Below, in pieces: positions 10,425-21,687 of a stretch of DNA of 64,000 nucleotides (position 1 is its first letter; each line of letters begins with the position of its first letter). The notes beneath the pieces were generated by a model. The model was not told where the DNA came from, did not search any database, and was given only the letters and a program-made list of their open reading frames with translations. Source of the stretch: an uncultured Gemmatimonadales bacterium (GTDB taxonomy: Bacteria; Gemmatimonadota; Gemmatimonadetes; Gemmatimonadales; GWC2-71-9); contig CAWGED010000019.1 of NCBI GenBank assembly GCA_963821525.1, forward strand, positions 192,001 through 256,000, in the 5' to 3' direction. A program made the position numbers and the translations under genes.

Positions 10425-11099
10425 ATGTCATTGCCGCTCAATGAGAAAGAGCGCAATCCCGCCCGCTCCCGCGAAGCCATTTTGGACGCCGGGGAAGCGC
10501 TTTTCGCCGAGAATGGGTACGAGGGTACCAGCCTGAGCGATGTGGGCACCCTCGCCGGCGTCTCCCGCGGAACCCCGGGATATTTCTTCGGCTCCAAGGC
10601 CGAACTCTACCGCGCCGTGCTGGAGCGCTGCTTCGGAGAAGTGCTGGACGCGGTCCGGGCCGGGCGAGCACGGGCTCTCGCCAGCGCGGCAGAACCGGAA
10701 GCCGTCCTGGCCGGTGCCGTTTCCGATTATTTCGACTTTCTCGCGTCCCGTCCCAACTTCGTGCGCCTGATCGAATGGGAGGCGCTCGCCGGCGGCACTC
10801 AGCTGGAAGAAGTGCCACCGCATGTCGCCGCGGCGCAGGAAGCTCTCTCGGCACTGCGTGATGAGCTGGCTATGGGACCGGGCATGTCGCAGGACGCCGC
10901 CCATCTCCTCCTCAGCATCATCGGTCTCTGCTGGTTCCCCCTCGCTCACGCCAATACCGTCCTCCGCGCTCTCGGCATCGACCCCGAGGATCCCGCCTTT
11001 CTCGAGCAGCGGAAACGGCACGTCATCGATCTCGTCCTGAACGGCCTGCGCGGACGATTTGCCTCCGCCGTTGCCACCGGAGAAACCGACCATGCCTGA
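10425..11099 (+). CDS. TetR/AcrR family regulator
   Basis: SREAILDAGEALFAENGYEGTSLSDVGTLAGVSRGTPGYFFGSKAELY helix-turn-helix. Confidence 0.92.
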   Translation: MSLPLNEKERNPARSREAILDAGEALFAENGYEGTSLSDVGTLAGVSRGTPGYFFGSKAELYRAVLERCFGEVLDAVRAGRARALASAAEPEAVLAGAVSDYFDFLASRPNFVRLIEWEALAGGTQLEEVPPHVAAAQEALSALRDELAMGPGMSQDAAHLLLSIIGLCWFPLAHANTVLRALGIDPEDPAFLEQRKRHVIDLVLNGLRGRFASAVATGETDHA

Positions 11100-12949
11100 T
11101 GTGATGACTCCTCCGGCGCCTGGTGCACCGCCGCAGCTCGCCACGGAGAAGGAAGCCCGCGAAGTCGCGGAAGCCGCACGCGAGAAGGAGTGGCAGGCCC
11201 CAAGCTTCGTCCGCGAGATGTTCGATGGAAACTTCCGGCTCGACCTGATCCACCCCTACCCCGAGCAGGATCCCGCCGAAGTCGAGCGTGCCCGCCCGTT
11301 CCTGGAGCGGCTCGAGGCCTTCATGCGCGACAAGGTGGACAGCGACAAGATCGACCGCGACGGGAAAATCCCGGAAGAGGTAATTCAGGGGCTGCGCGAC
11401 ATCGGCGCTTTCGCCATCAAGATCCCGACCGAATACGGTGGATTGGGACTGAGCCAGACGAGCTACACCCATGCCATCGCTCTGGTGACCAGCCAGGACG
11501 GGAACCTCACGGCCCTGCTCTCCGCCGCCCAGTCGATCGGGGTGCCCAACCCGCTCAAGCAGTTTGGAACGCCGGAACAGAAGAAGAGGTACTTCCCTCG
11601 CCTCGCCAAAGGCGCGATCTCGGCGTTCGCGCTGACCGAGTCGAACGTGGGATCTGACCCCGCCGGCATGCAAACCACAGCGAGAGCTCTCACCCGATGG
11701 ACGGCACTGGATCCTGAACGGCGAAAAGCTCTGGTGCACCAACGGCACCATCGCCGAGTTGATGGTGGTGATGGCGCGGACCGGTCCGAAGAAAATCACG
11801 GCGTTCATCGTGGAGACCAACTGGCCCGGGGTCGAAGTGGTGCAGCGGCTCCATTTCATGGGGCTCAAGGCACTGGAGAACGGAATCATCCGGTTCACCA
11901 ACGTGAAGGTCCCGGTCGAGAACGTGCTCTGGGGCGAAGGTCGCGGGCTCAAGCTGGCGCTGATCACCCTCAACACCGGCCGCCTGACGCTGCCGGCCTC
12001 CTGCGTCGCCGCGGGCAAGCGCTGTCTCCAGATCGTGCGTGAGTGGGGGTCTACCCGGGTGCAATGGGGCCAGGCGATCGGGAAGCACGACGCGATAGCT
12101 CAGAAGATCGGACGGATGGCGGCGGAGACCTTCGCGATGGAAGCGGTCTCCGACCTCGCCTCCGGCATGGCCGATAAGGGCGGCTTCGACATCCGGCTCG
12201 AGGCCGCGATGGCGAAGATGTGGAATACCGAGACCGCGTGGCGGATCGCGGACGACACTCTTCAGATCAAGGGCGGACGTGGCTACGAGACTGCCGACAG
12301 TCTGCGGAGCCGCGGAGAGAAGCCCGATCCGGTCGAGCGCCTCATGCGAGACATGCGGATCAACCTGATCTTCGAGGGATCAAGCGAGATCATGCGGCTC
12401 TTCATCGCCCGGGAGGCGGTGGATACCCACATGCGGGTCGCGGGCGACCTGATCGATCCCAAGGTCCCGGCGGGCCAGAAGCTGGGTGCCCTGCTCAAGG
12501 CGGGAGCCTTCTACGCCTTCTGGTATCCCAAGCTCTGGCTCGGTGTGCGAGGGTGGTTCGGGTTCGGCGAATTCGGCCGGCTGGCTCCGCACATGCGCTT
12601 TGTCGAGCGGTCGTCGCGACGGCTGGCCCGCTCGCTCTTCCATTGTATGGTGCGCTTCGGTCCCATGCTGGAGAAGCGGCAGGCAGTCCTGGGCCGGCTG
12701 GTGGAAATTGGAGCGGAACTGCTCGCGATCGCCGCAGCCTGCAGCCGGGCGCATGCGATGCTCAAGAAGAATCCCCGGGAGACGGGTCCCCGCGAGCTGG
12801 CCGACGTCTTTTCCCAGCAGGCGAGACTCCGGGTGGAGCAGAAGTTCCACGACCTATGGCACAACACCGACACGGCGACCTATACTACCGCGCGCCACGT
12901 GCTGGACGATCACTTCCGCTGGCTGGAAGAGGGGATCGTCCGGGAGTAA
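11092..12949 (+). CDS. Acyl-CoA dehydrogenase (long, ACAD9/VLCAD-like), frame break near 11690
   Basis: IPTEYGGLGL, AFALTESNVGSD, LNTGRL, QIKGGRGYE and RINLIFEGSSEI; joins ORFs 11059-12042 and 11759-12949. Confidence 0.9.
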
Positions 12950-12999
12950 GTCTGGCCAAGCGTCGCCGGTTAGTGATCAACGCTCAGGGGAGAGAAGGA

Positions 13000-13392
13000 A
13001 TGGCCATCGCCGAAGGAAAGACCCTGCCGTTCGTGGGTCCCGAGCAGGTGGACACCAAGGTGCTCGAGACCTTCGGTTACGAGGGTCCGGACCAGGAGAT
13101 AGTCACTGAGACCGACGAGTTCAGCGCCGTCTGCCCCTACAGTGGGTTGCCGGACTTTGCCAAGCTCGTCATCAAATACATGCCGCGGAACCGCTGTGTC
13201 GAGCTGAAGAGTCTCAAGTACTACGTGGTGGGCTACCGGAATGTCGGCATCTTCCAGGAGCACGCGACCGCGAAGATAGCGGAGGATCTCTTCCAGGTAC
13301 TGGAACCGCAGTCGCTCGAGGTCACCACGGTCTATAACGTTCGGGGCGGGTTTCTCACCACCTGCACGGTGCGGCTTCCCCGAAACGACTGA
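13000..13392 (+). CDS. queF: NADPH-dependent preQ0 reductase (unimodular QueF)
   Basis: EFSAVCPYSGLPDF, VELKSLKYY, QEH and NVRGG; ATG at 13000 after AGAAGGA. Confidence 0.92.
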   Translation: MAIAEGKTLPFVGPEQVDTKVLETFGYEGPDQEIVTETDEFSAVCPYSGLPDFAKLVIKYMPRNRCVELKSLKYYVVGYRNVGIFQEHATAKIAEDLFQVLEPQSLEVTTVYNVRGGFLTTCTVRLPRND

Positions 13393-13405
13393 TCATTCCT
13401 TCCAA

Positions 13406-13592
13406 CGAGCCGGCTGATCGCGTCGGCTCGCTTGGTCCTGCACGGTTTGGGTTTGCGCAGGACACCCGATTCGTCCGAACTTATTTTTGCGGGGGGGCCC
13501 CCCACCGCATCCGTTGTTTATCGCAGCTGCGCAAACCCTATGACGGCCGGTTGCCAACACCGGGGTCCAATGCCCGATATTGGCAACCGGCC
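13406..13592. other. Structured intergenic region with several long stems between convergent queF and M28 peptidase
   Basis: Stems CGAGCCG/CGGCTCG, 13449-13460/13527-13538 (12 bp) and 13545-13557/13580-13592 (13 bp); G7C6 core at 13491-13503. Confidence 0.55.
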
Positions 13593-13611
13593 TCAGAGAC
13601 CTCCAGATCGA

Positions 13612-15126
13612 TCAGTTCCCCGCCAGCCCCGGCGACGGCTTGAGCACGACCGGCGGAGTTGCCGGACGCTTGGGCCCCCGCGGTAACAACTGATCCAGGT
13701 TCGCCAGCTCGTACGCCGTCACCGCCATCACCGCCGACGCCTGCATCAGGTCCGGTCCCACCGCGTGCTCGTAGGTGTCACTCTGCGAGTGGTGAGTGTG
13801 GTTATAGCCCCGTGTGATCTGGTCGAAGTTCCAGGCCGGCACGCCGTAGGGAATGAACGACAGGTGGTCGGTGCCGCCCTTGTTCCCCTCTCGCACGTCC
13901 TTGGCACCCATAGACGCGACCGGTGCCAGCAACGCCTCCCACAAGGCCCGATCGTCGTTCCGTCCCTGCAGCGCCTGGCCGGTGATCGCACCGGTGCCGT
14001 TATCGAGAACCAGCACTGCCTGGATGCTGTCCATATCGGCGGCATGGGCCGCGGCGTAGGCGTTGGAGCCGAGCAGACCTTCTTCTTCGCCGGTGAACAG
14101 GATGAAGCGGATCGTGCGGCGCGGCTTGAGGCCTGACTGTGCGATCACCCTCGCAGCCTCGAGGACCACCATCGAGCCAGTCCCGTTGTCGGTCACACCC
14201 GTACCGAGGTCCCAGCTGTCGAGGTGAGCGCCCAGAATCACCACCTGCCCCGGCAGCTCACTCCCCTTGATCTCCGCCACTGTATTCCACTGGGTGACGG
14301 CCGACTTGCCAAACTGATTGTCGACTCGCGCCTCCACCTTGGGCGTCATCCCCGCCTGGAGCTGGCGATCGAGCATCCCGTAGTCCTCGTGCGAGATGAC
14401 GATGTTGGGCAGCGTCGAGACCCGGTTGGGTGAGCCGCTCATGTTCATGAGCGCCTGCTCCTTGGCGCCATCGGTCAGCGTCCCCAGCGCTCCCGCCTTC
14501 TTGAGCATGTAAAGCGCGTCCAGCGCGAACTGCCGCCGCTTCTCCATCGCGGCCTGCGAGGTATCCGCTGGTGGCTGGAAGCGCCGCTGCCGCTCGGCCG
14601 CCTGCGCCGCGGAATCCTCCGCGGTCATGGGAATGCCGTCGGTATTCCAGACCGGGAACGGTGCCGAGGGAAGGATCCACTTCCCTTTCACCTTGTCCTG
14701 GTAGACCGCGAGGCTTTCGGGCGTCGAGAAGTTGGCGCGCATGACGGTACCGGCCAGCGTCTTCCCATTGGTACCCGCGGTCCAGGCCCAGCTGTGCCCG
14801 GTGATCTGACGGGGGAACGGTTCGAGCAGGCGGACCTGGATCGGGCCCCGCTCCCAAGTCACTCCGAAGTTCCATTGCTCGAGCGTCGCGGTGAGGCCGT
14901 AGCCTTGGAACTTGGACGCCGTCCAGTCATTGGCCTTTCGCGCCGCGGCGGAGCCGGTGAGGCGGGGCCCGATGGCATCGGCGAGATACTGCAGGTTGGC
15001 CATGACCTCGGAATGGTTCATGGCCTGATCGATCAGGGCTCCAGCCGGGGTCGTGTCGACCTGGACCTGAGCATGAAGCGGGTATGCGATCACCAGCGCG
15101 GCGGCGACGAGTAGCGAAGATCTCAC
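13612..15126 (-). CDS. Secreted M28 family peptidase (carboxypeptidase Q-like)
   Basis: Signal peptide, GPRLTGS, GAHLDSWD, DNGTG, GEEEGLLGS, GTDH and HHSQSD; GTG at 15126 after GAGGAG. Confidence 0.92.
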   Translation of the reverse strand: MRSSLLVAAALVIAYPLHAQVQVDTTPAGALIDQAMNHSEVMANLQYLADAIGPRLTGSAAARKANDWTASKFQGYGLTATLEQWNFGVTWERGPIQVRLLEPFPRQITGHSWAWTAGTNGKTLAGTVMRANFSTPESLAVYQDKVKGKWILPSAPFPVWNTDGIPMTAEDSAAQAAERQRRFQPPADTSQAAMEKRRQFALDALYMLKKAGALGTLTDGAKEQALMNMSGSPNRVSTLPNIVISHEDYGMLDRQLQAGMTPKVEARVDNQFGKSAVTQWNTVAEIKGSELPGQVVILGAHLDSWDLGTGVTDNGTGSMVVLEAARVIAQSGLKPRRTIRFILFTGEEEGLLGSNAYAAAHAADMDSIQAVLVLDNGTGAITGQALQGRNDDRALWEALLAPVASMGAKDVREGNKGGTDHLSFIPYGVPAWNFDQITRGYNHTHHSQSDTYEHAVGPDLMQASAVMAVTAYELANLDQLLPRGPKRPATPPVVLKPSPGLAGN

Positions 15127-15302
15127 AGTCGGAAGGCTCCTCAAGAAAAAGCGGGTTGAGGTTGGCGGTAAGGCGCGGTTTGGTCGGGCGAAAGCCGCTG
15201 TAGAGTCGCCAGTCGGGTCACCCCGAGCAAGTCCATCTCAGGAATCGAAACGTTCCCCGGCGCAACGGTCGGAGTTGCGGAGGCCTTAGGTTGGCCGTAA
15301 TG

Positions 15303-15327
15303 TGTAAAACGTCATTTGATCATTACA
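15303..15327. promoter_or_regulatory. Palindrome TGTAA-N15-TTACA, candidate operator
   Basis: AT-rich inverted repeat 18 nt upstream of the ATG at 15346; the operon ends in a CGNR zinc-finger gene. Confidence 0.4.
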
Positions 15328-15345
15328 GCCGCCGGCGAGCCCGCT

Positions 15346-18018
15346 ATGCGCCTCCTTCCGCCGTTAGTCGTCGCCTTGAGTCTGAGTCTTCCTTCTTCAC
15401 TAACTGCCCAAAGCGGCTGCTGGACGGTTCCGGATACGAGCCGCAATCAAGGACAGCGCCCGCGTGGCGCACGCCGCAGGACCGCGGGTCCTCCACGCAA
15501 CCGCGCTAAGCGGCAGTCAGCCGGTCATAGACGGAAGCCTCGACGATGCCGTGTGGTGTGAAGCCCCAGCCGACAGCGACTTCGTGCAGAGCAGTCCCAA
15601 CCCGGGGGCGCTCGCAACTCTGCCGGCAGTAGTTCGAGTGATGTACGACGACGCAGCGGTGTACGTGGCCGTCAGGCTGTTCGACCCGAGTCCCGATTCG
15701 GTGCTCGCTCCCTACCCCCGTCGCGACGACGAGAACACCTCGGATTGGGTGTTCGTCGAAGTGGATACCCGGTTTGACCGGCGATCGGGCTACAGCTTTG
15801 GGCTGAACCCAAGAGGCGTTCAGGTTGACGGCACCTGGTCCAACGACGTCGACTACGACGTCGCGTGGAACGGAGTCTGGAGCGGCGCCGCGCGAATCGA
15901 TTCCGCAGGATGGGCCGCCGAGTACCGCATTCCCTGGTCTCAGGTGGCGCTGGGGCGAAGCACGGTGGGAGCCCCGCTCACTTGGGGGATCAACGTCTAT
16001 CGCTACACCCCTCATCGTGGGGAGTCGGACAACTGGTCGCCACGGCTACCGACGGTGGTGGGCATCGTCTCCCACTTCAATCAGCTGCAAGGGCTGACGG
16101 TTCCTCGGCACTCGGGAAGTCTCGAGCTGGTGCCCTACGGCGCGGCGAGCGGAACCCGCAGCCCCACCGGTTCGAGCCAGGACGCGACCGGAGGCGGTGA
16201 TCTCCGCTTCCGGCCCACGCCGTCAACATTTGTCGGACTCTCGATCCATCCTGATTTCGGACAGGTCGAAGCAGATCCCTCGCAGGTGAACCTCACCACC
16301 TTCGAGACCTTTTTCCCCGAGCAGCGGCCCTTGTTCCTCGAAGGCGCCGACGTCTTTCAGTTCAACTCCCAGCTCGGCTTCACCTCCCGAGGCACCTCGT
16401 TCGACCAGGAAAGTCCCTTCTACTCGCGGCGCATCGGACGTCCACCCCACGGCTCGGTCCCCGACGCTGCGCTGAGCGCCGAGGTGCCTCAAGCCACGAC
16501 TCTGCTCGGCGCGGGGAGGTTTTCGGGCCGAGATGGGAGAATGGTCTGGCGGAATCTTCTCCGCCATGACCGATGAGGAGGATGCCAAGTATGTCGATCC
16601 CACCGGTGTGCACCGTCGGCTCACGGTCGAACCGCTTACCAGCTTTGCGGTCGCTCGGACAACACGCGAGTTTCGAGGTGGCGCCAGTGCCGTTGGAGTC
16701 ATGGGCACCTTCGTCGATCGAGTGAACATGACCTCGAGTCTCGACTCGCTGCTGCCCAAGCTCCGCGATCGTCCTGGGCAGCGACTTCCGCCATCGCTTC
16801 GCGGGAGACCGCTACGAGCTAAGTGGCTTCGCGCTGGGCAGCCGGGTCGAGGGGAGTGCGGAAGCTATCGAAGCGATCCGGCTCGACCCGCGGCATGGAT
16901 ACGGGCGCCCCGATCTGCCGAATCCCGATGACGGCAGCATTAGTCACACGAGTCTCACCGGCGCTTCTGCGCAGGCTCGGATCGCCAGGGTGGCCGGGAG
17001 TCTTCTCTGGGATGTCGCCGGCCGGGTAGTAACACCCGGGTTCGAGATGAACGATCAGGGGTTTCAGCGGAACGCCAACTGGTTGCTGCTCGCCGGAACC
17101 TGGCGGTACCGGGTGTACCGGCCCGGCCACACGATCCGCCGGTGGTCGGTCGGATCGAATCAACTCGGCATCGGGTGGACCTTCGATGGAGAGCAACGTG
17201 CCGCGATCGCCAACCTGAGCGGCTCGCTCGATTTTCGGAATTACTGGGGAGGGTCACTCTCCCTGGATCACGAATTTCCGGTGACTGATCCCGAGGTGCT
17301 CCGTGGCGGGCCGGCACTCCCCATCCCTGCAAGAAATCGGATCACCGCTACCGCATACACCGACTCTCGGAAACGATGGCAGATCACTGTTACCGGGAGC
17401 GGGGAGCGTGAATCGAAGAGCGAATCCCTGGTCGGGAGTCTGTCCGTGGACTTCGGCGGATTCGTGACCGACCGCTTGCAGCTGGGCATCTCGCCCTACG
17501 TGGCGTCCGCCACCGAGGGATGGCAGTACGTCGACCAGCCCATCGATGCCTCCGGAGTGCGCCGCTACTTCCTCGGCCGGCTGGAGCAGACGACCACTTC
17601 ACTCACCGCACGAATGACCTACGCCTTCTCACCGAAACTCACGCTGCAACTTTACACCCAGGCATTCCTGAGCGGTGGGGCGTACGATCGTTTCAAGGAA
17701 GTGGTCGCGAAGCAGGTTCATGAAATCGCGCCGGCGCGAATCACCCACGACGTCCAGGCTGGTCAATACATCATCGATCAGGGGACCGCGACTACCGCGA
17801 CCTTCAGCGAGCCGGCATTTTCGGAGCGGGACTTGAACCTGAATTTCGTGCTGCGCTGGGAGTTTCTACCCGGTTCGACGCTCTACTGGGTGTGGACTCG
17901 ACGGGGCAGCGATCCGACCACTCAACCCTTCGATCTTCACCAGGACCTGAATCGCCTGTGGAATGCTCCTGCCTCCGATGCCCTGCTGGTGAAGATCAGC
18001 TATTGGATCGCGACCTGA
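15346..18018 (+). CDS. Secreted DUF5916 / CBM9-like domain protein with probable C-terminal beta-barrel; three frame breaks (near 15460, 16530, 16760)
   Basis: Signal peptide, PVIDGSLDDAVW, NPRGVQVD, HPDFGQVEAD, FFPEQRPLFLEG, FYSRRIG, LRWEFLPGS and terminal KISYW. Confidence 0.82.
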
Positions 18019-18022
18019 CCCG

Positions 18023-18637
18023 ATGAGCGGCGCCGCGACTCTCGCACTGATCAGCGGGCACCTCGCCCTCGACTTCGCCAACACGGCGGGTTGGCACGCG
18101 AGCGACCACCGAAACGAGTGGCTGAACGACTACGGAGACTTCATCGCCTGGGCGAGACATGCGGCGGGTTTGCCCGCGAAGGAAGCGACCGCCCTGCTGC
18201 AACTCGCGGACAAGCATCCTGGCAAGGCACAACAGGCGTTTGCGAAGGTTCTGCAGCTGCGTGAGGCCGACTATCGGGTGTTCGCGGCGCTTTCGCAGGG
18301 ACGACTACCGACACAAGCCGACTTGGACCAACTCCACACCGCTCGCATCGCAGCACTCGAGGCGGCTCGCTTCGCTCCCGGTGCCGATGGGCGGCCCGTG
18401 CTTGACTGGTCGCCCGGGAGCACCGATCTCCTCCGGCCGCTCCACCCTGTCATGGTCGCCGCGACCGATCTGCTCGGAGCCGACGACCTCAAGCGGCTCC
18501 GCCAGTGTGGCAACCATCCCTGCGGCTGGCTTTTTCTCGATCGGAGCCGGAACGGGTCGCGCCGGTGGTGTTCCTCAAGCGAGTGCGGCAATGCCACCCG
18601 GGTGCGGCGCTTTCGAGCGAAGCAGGGTTCGAACTAG
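18023..18637 (+). CDS. ABATE / CGNR zinc-finger protein (DUF1470)
   Basis: LALDFANT and C-x4-C...FLDRSRNGSRRWCSSSECGN. Confidence 0.92.
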   Translation: MSGAATLALISGHLALDFANTAGWHASDHRNEWLNDYGDFIAWARHAAGLPAKEATALLQLADKHPGKAQQAFAKVLQLREADYRVFAALSQGRLPTQADLDQLHTARIAALEAARFAPGADGRPVLDWSPGSTDLLRPLHPVMVAATDLLGADDLKRLRQCGNHPCGWLFLDRSRNGSRRWCSSSECGNATRVRRFRAKQGSN

Positions 18638-18641
18638 CCGC

Positions 18642-19301
18642 TCACGTCTTCGGCGAAACGCGGGAACGGCGCCGGCGCGGAAGCGCCATGACATAGCCCA
18701 AGACCACACTGAGGAGAGCGGTCCCGGCGATAAGGGCCACCAATCCCGCAATCGTGTCTCGGCTCGCATTTACCACGCGCAGCGCACTGAAGGTGTGGAG
18801 CCCGCCCATCACGCTTCTGAATCGCTTGAGTCGGTCGGTAACCCGTGCGGCGCCACTGGCATCAATCTCGACCATCGTGGATGCCTCATCGGAGAACACG
18901 ACACGGTATCCGGAGGCACCTTCGCGAGCACCGAGGCGGATGATCTTTGCAGGCGCCGACACTCCCGAAGCCTGCATCGCGATCACGCCGGCGAGAGAGT
19001 CGTTGATCACGACAGGCTCTCCGTTCCGGGCATCGACCAGGACAGTTCCCGAACCAGTCGAGAGCTTATAGACCGGCGCCGTGCCTATTCCGATCAGGTC
19101 AATCTGGTTGACCGTAGCATTGCTCCTGGCCGCGGCCTGGGCAGGCGAGATCACCGCCGCGCTGAAATCCAGTCGAGGGGTTGGCGGACTCGGCGGTCGT
19201 GGGCCCGCCACCATGATGATGCCCGTAAAGAGCCACATCGCGAGGACCACCCCGACGCTGACACCGATCCACTTATGCCACTTGTAAATGAGCCTTAGCA
19301 C
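18642..19301 (-). CDS. PepSY-associated transmembrane protein
   Basis: YKWHKWIG..LAMWLFTG, VLVDARNG and GGLHTF; GTG at 19301. Confidence 0.75.
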   Translation of the reverse strand: MLRLIYKWHKWIGVSVGVVLAMWLFTGIIMVAGPRPPSPPTPRLDFSAAVISPAQAAARSNATVNQIDLIGIGTAPVYKLSTGSGTVLVDARNGEPVVINDSLAGVIAMQASGVSAPAKIIRLGAREGASGYRVVFSDEASTMVEIDASGAARVTDRLKRFRSVMGGLHTFSALRVVNASRDTIAGLVALIAGTALLSVVLGYVMALPRRRRSRVSPKT

Positions 19302-20281
19302 GGCGACTCCGCGTCTAGGAGTTGTGAGGAACTTCCCTGCCCAGCGCCCACCAGTCGTTCTGCTAACGCACCGATCTGCGCCGCTCCGGGTACGGCCGCA
19401 ATCCACTCGGCCGGCACCGCCGACTCGCTATCCCGCGCTCCCATGAGGCCGCCGGCAATCGCCGCGTTGGTGTCGGTATCTCCCCCGGCATTGACCAGCC
19501 AGAGTAATCCCCGCCGGAGGTTCGACTCATGGTATGCGAACCACAGCGCGATCTCCATCGCGTGAACCGCATATCCCGCATCGGGGCCCTGGACTGGAAG
19601 GTCGTCCCGAGTCTCGAGCGGCACCCGTCGCGCAGCGGCCAGCAGCTCTTCCGGAGCATCGTTGTTACGCAATGCTTCGATCACGTCGGGGATGAAGTCG
19701 CGCTTCCCGAGAAGAAATCTCGCGGCCGCGACGTTCACGGCCACCGCGGCCCAGGCGCATCGTTCGTCGGGGTGGGTCAGAATCGCGGTGTGATACGTCC
19801 CGCTCACCAGGTTGGCCGGAGCGCGATGGGTCGCGAGCGCAACCGGAAGGCAGCGTGAGAGCGGCCCGTTCCCCGCCTGGCCACCAGTGCTTCCAGGCGG
19901 AGAGTCGTGCTGCGCGATGTGCTCCAGCGCCGTTCGAGTCCAGATCCCGATCCCCCGGCCATCGCGCCGCATCCACTCGATCCAGCGCTGGGCCAGGCGC
20001 CGGAAATCCATCTCGGGCTGAAGCAGCTCCTCGGCGAGCACCAGGGTTAGGGCCAGGTCGTCATCGTATGGCGACTGTTCGGAGTCCCGGCGCAGCACCT
20101 CCCGCAGACCGCCGGGGAATTCCCGGGCAATCCGGTCCGCGGTGCCCAGGAACTCGGTGGGGACGCCGAGCGCATTGCCGGCGGCATGACCCAGGAGAGC
20201 ACCGCGGGCACGGGCGGCGAGCGACAGGGGGTGGGGACCAAAGGGACATTGGCCGCCGAATATACTCAGCCAGGGTGGCAT
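19295..20281 (-). CDS. ADP-ribosylglycohydrolase family protein (start uncertain)
   Basis: RARGALLGHAAGNALGVPTEF, YDDD, AGNG and NAGGDTDTNAAIAGGLMGA. Confidence 0.88.
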   Translation of the reverse strand: MPPWLSIFGGQCPFGPHPLSLAARARGALLGHAAGNALGVPTEFLGTADRIAREFPGGLREVLRRDSEQSPYDDDLALTLVLAEELLQPEMDFRRLAQRWIEWMRRDGRGIGIWTRTALEHIAQHDSPPGSTGGQAGNGPLSRCLPVALATHRAPANLVSGTYHTAILTHPDERCAWAAVAVNVAAARFLLGKRDFIPDVIEALRNNDAPEELLAAARRVPLETRDDLPVQGPDAGYAVHAMEIALWFAYHESNLRRGLLWLVNAGGDTDTNAAIAGGLMGARDSESAVPAEWIAAVPGAAQIGALAERLVGAGQGSSSQLLDAESPC

Positions 20282-20361
20282 CGAGCCTCCCCATTTCGGA
20301 GATCGCGCGGGGACGGCTATGTTCCCTTCTTCCTGCACGCGACCCAGCCGAGGATTCGCCC

Positions 20362-21658
20362 GTGGCCAAAGACTCACTGACCATTACCGACAACCGGACC
20401 GGCAAGACCTACGAGCTGCCGATCACCGAAGGCACTATCAAGGCGCCCGACCTCCGCAACATCAAAGTGGATGCCGAGGATTTCGGCCTGATGACGTACG
20501 ATCCGGCCTTCCTCAATACCGCCTGCCTGCCGCAGCGCCATCACCTTCATCGACGGCGACCGCGGGATCCTGAGATATCGCGGTTATCCCATCGAGCAGA
20601 TCGCGGAGAAAGCCAGCTTTCTCGAGGTGGCCTACTTGCTCTGTGAAGGCGAGTTGCCCACCCGTGCCCAGCTGGACAAATGGGAGGACGAAGTCCGGTA
20701 CCACACCTACGTCCACACCAACATCATCAAGTTCCTCGAGGGCTTCCGCTACAACGCGCACCCGATGGGCATGTTGCTCGGCGTCGTGGGAGCGCTCTCG
20801 ACCTTCTATCCCGACGCGAAGAACATCGAAGATCCGGCCTCTCGCTATCTCCAGCGGATCCGGCTCATCGCCAAGCTTCCCACTATCGCGGCGTTCGCCT
20901 TCCGCCATTCCCGCGGGTTGCCATACGAATTCCCCCGGAACGACCTGGGCTATATCGCGAACTTCGTCAACATGACCTTCAGCATCGGAGGCAAGCACGA
21001 GCCCAATCCGGTGCTGCAGCGGGCGCTCGAGATCCTTCTCATCCTCCACGCCGACCACGAGCAGAATTGCTCGACAAGCGCAGTACGGGCGGTCGGGTCC
21101 TCCAACGTGGACCCATTCTCTGCCGTGTCGGCGGGAATCGCCGCGCTCTACGGACCGCTCCACGGCGGGGCAAACGAAGCGGTCCTGGTCATGCTCGACG
21201 AGATCGGCGACCGGAAGAACATCCCCGCCTTCATCGAGAAGGTGAAACAGGGACACGGCCGGCTCATGGGATTCGGCCACCGGGTCTACAAGTCCTACGA
21301 TCCACGCGCCAAGCTGATCAAGAAGGTGGCCTACGACGTCTTCGAGCAGACCGGCCTCAATCCCAAGCTGGAGATCGCGCTGGAGCTGGAGAAGATCGCG
21401 CTGGAGGATGAGTACTTCATCAAGCGGAAGCTCTATCCCAACGTGGACTTCTACTCCGGCATCATCTACCAGGCGATGGGGTATCCCACCGATTACTTCA
21501 CGGTACTCTTCGCCCTGGGACGGCTTCCCGGATGGATCTCCCAGTGGGAGGAGATGCTGCTCGACAAGGACACCAAGATCGCCCGTCCGCGGCAGATCTA
21601 CGCCGGCTATCCGCAGCGGGAGTTTGTGCCGATGGCGATGAGGGGAACGGGAGATTGA
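20362..21658 (+). CDS. gltA: Citrate synthase, frame break near 20525
   Basis: LTITDNRTGKTYELPI, YDPAFLNTA, HADHEQNCST, GPLHGGANE, GFGHRVYK and YPNVDFYSG. Confidence 0.95.
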
Positions 21659-21687
21659 AGATTGAAGATTTCAGATTGAAGATTGAA
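21653..21687 (+). repeat. Heptamer array (GATTGAA)x5 spanning the gltA stop and the next start
   Basis: GATTGAA GATTGAA GATTTCA GATTGAA GATTGAA. Confidence 0.9.

Noticed and set aside
12220..12999. 390-aa QueF fusion suggested by the ORF track
   Set aside because: The upstream part is an alternate frame of the acyl-CoA dehydrogenase; ATG 13000 has its own SD
12950..13000. preQ1 riboswitch upstream of queF or queC
   Set aside because: Spacers are very short and lack the preQ1 stem-loop plus A-rich tail
15150..15290. Possible riboswitch (GGCGAAAGCC tetraloop) upstream of the M28 peptidase
   Set aside because: Only one short hairpin; I could not build a known aptamer consensus on either strand
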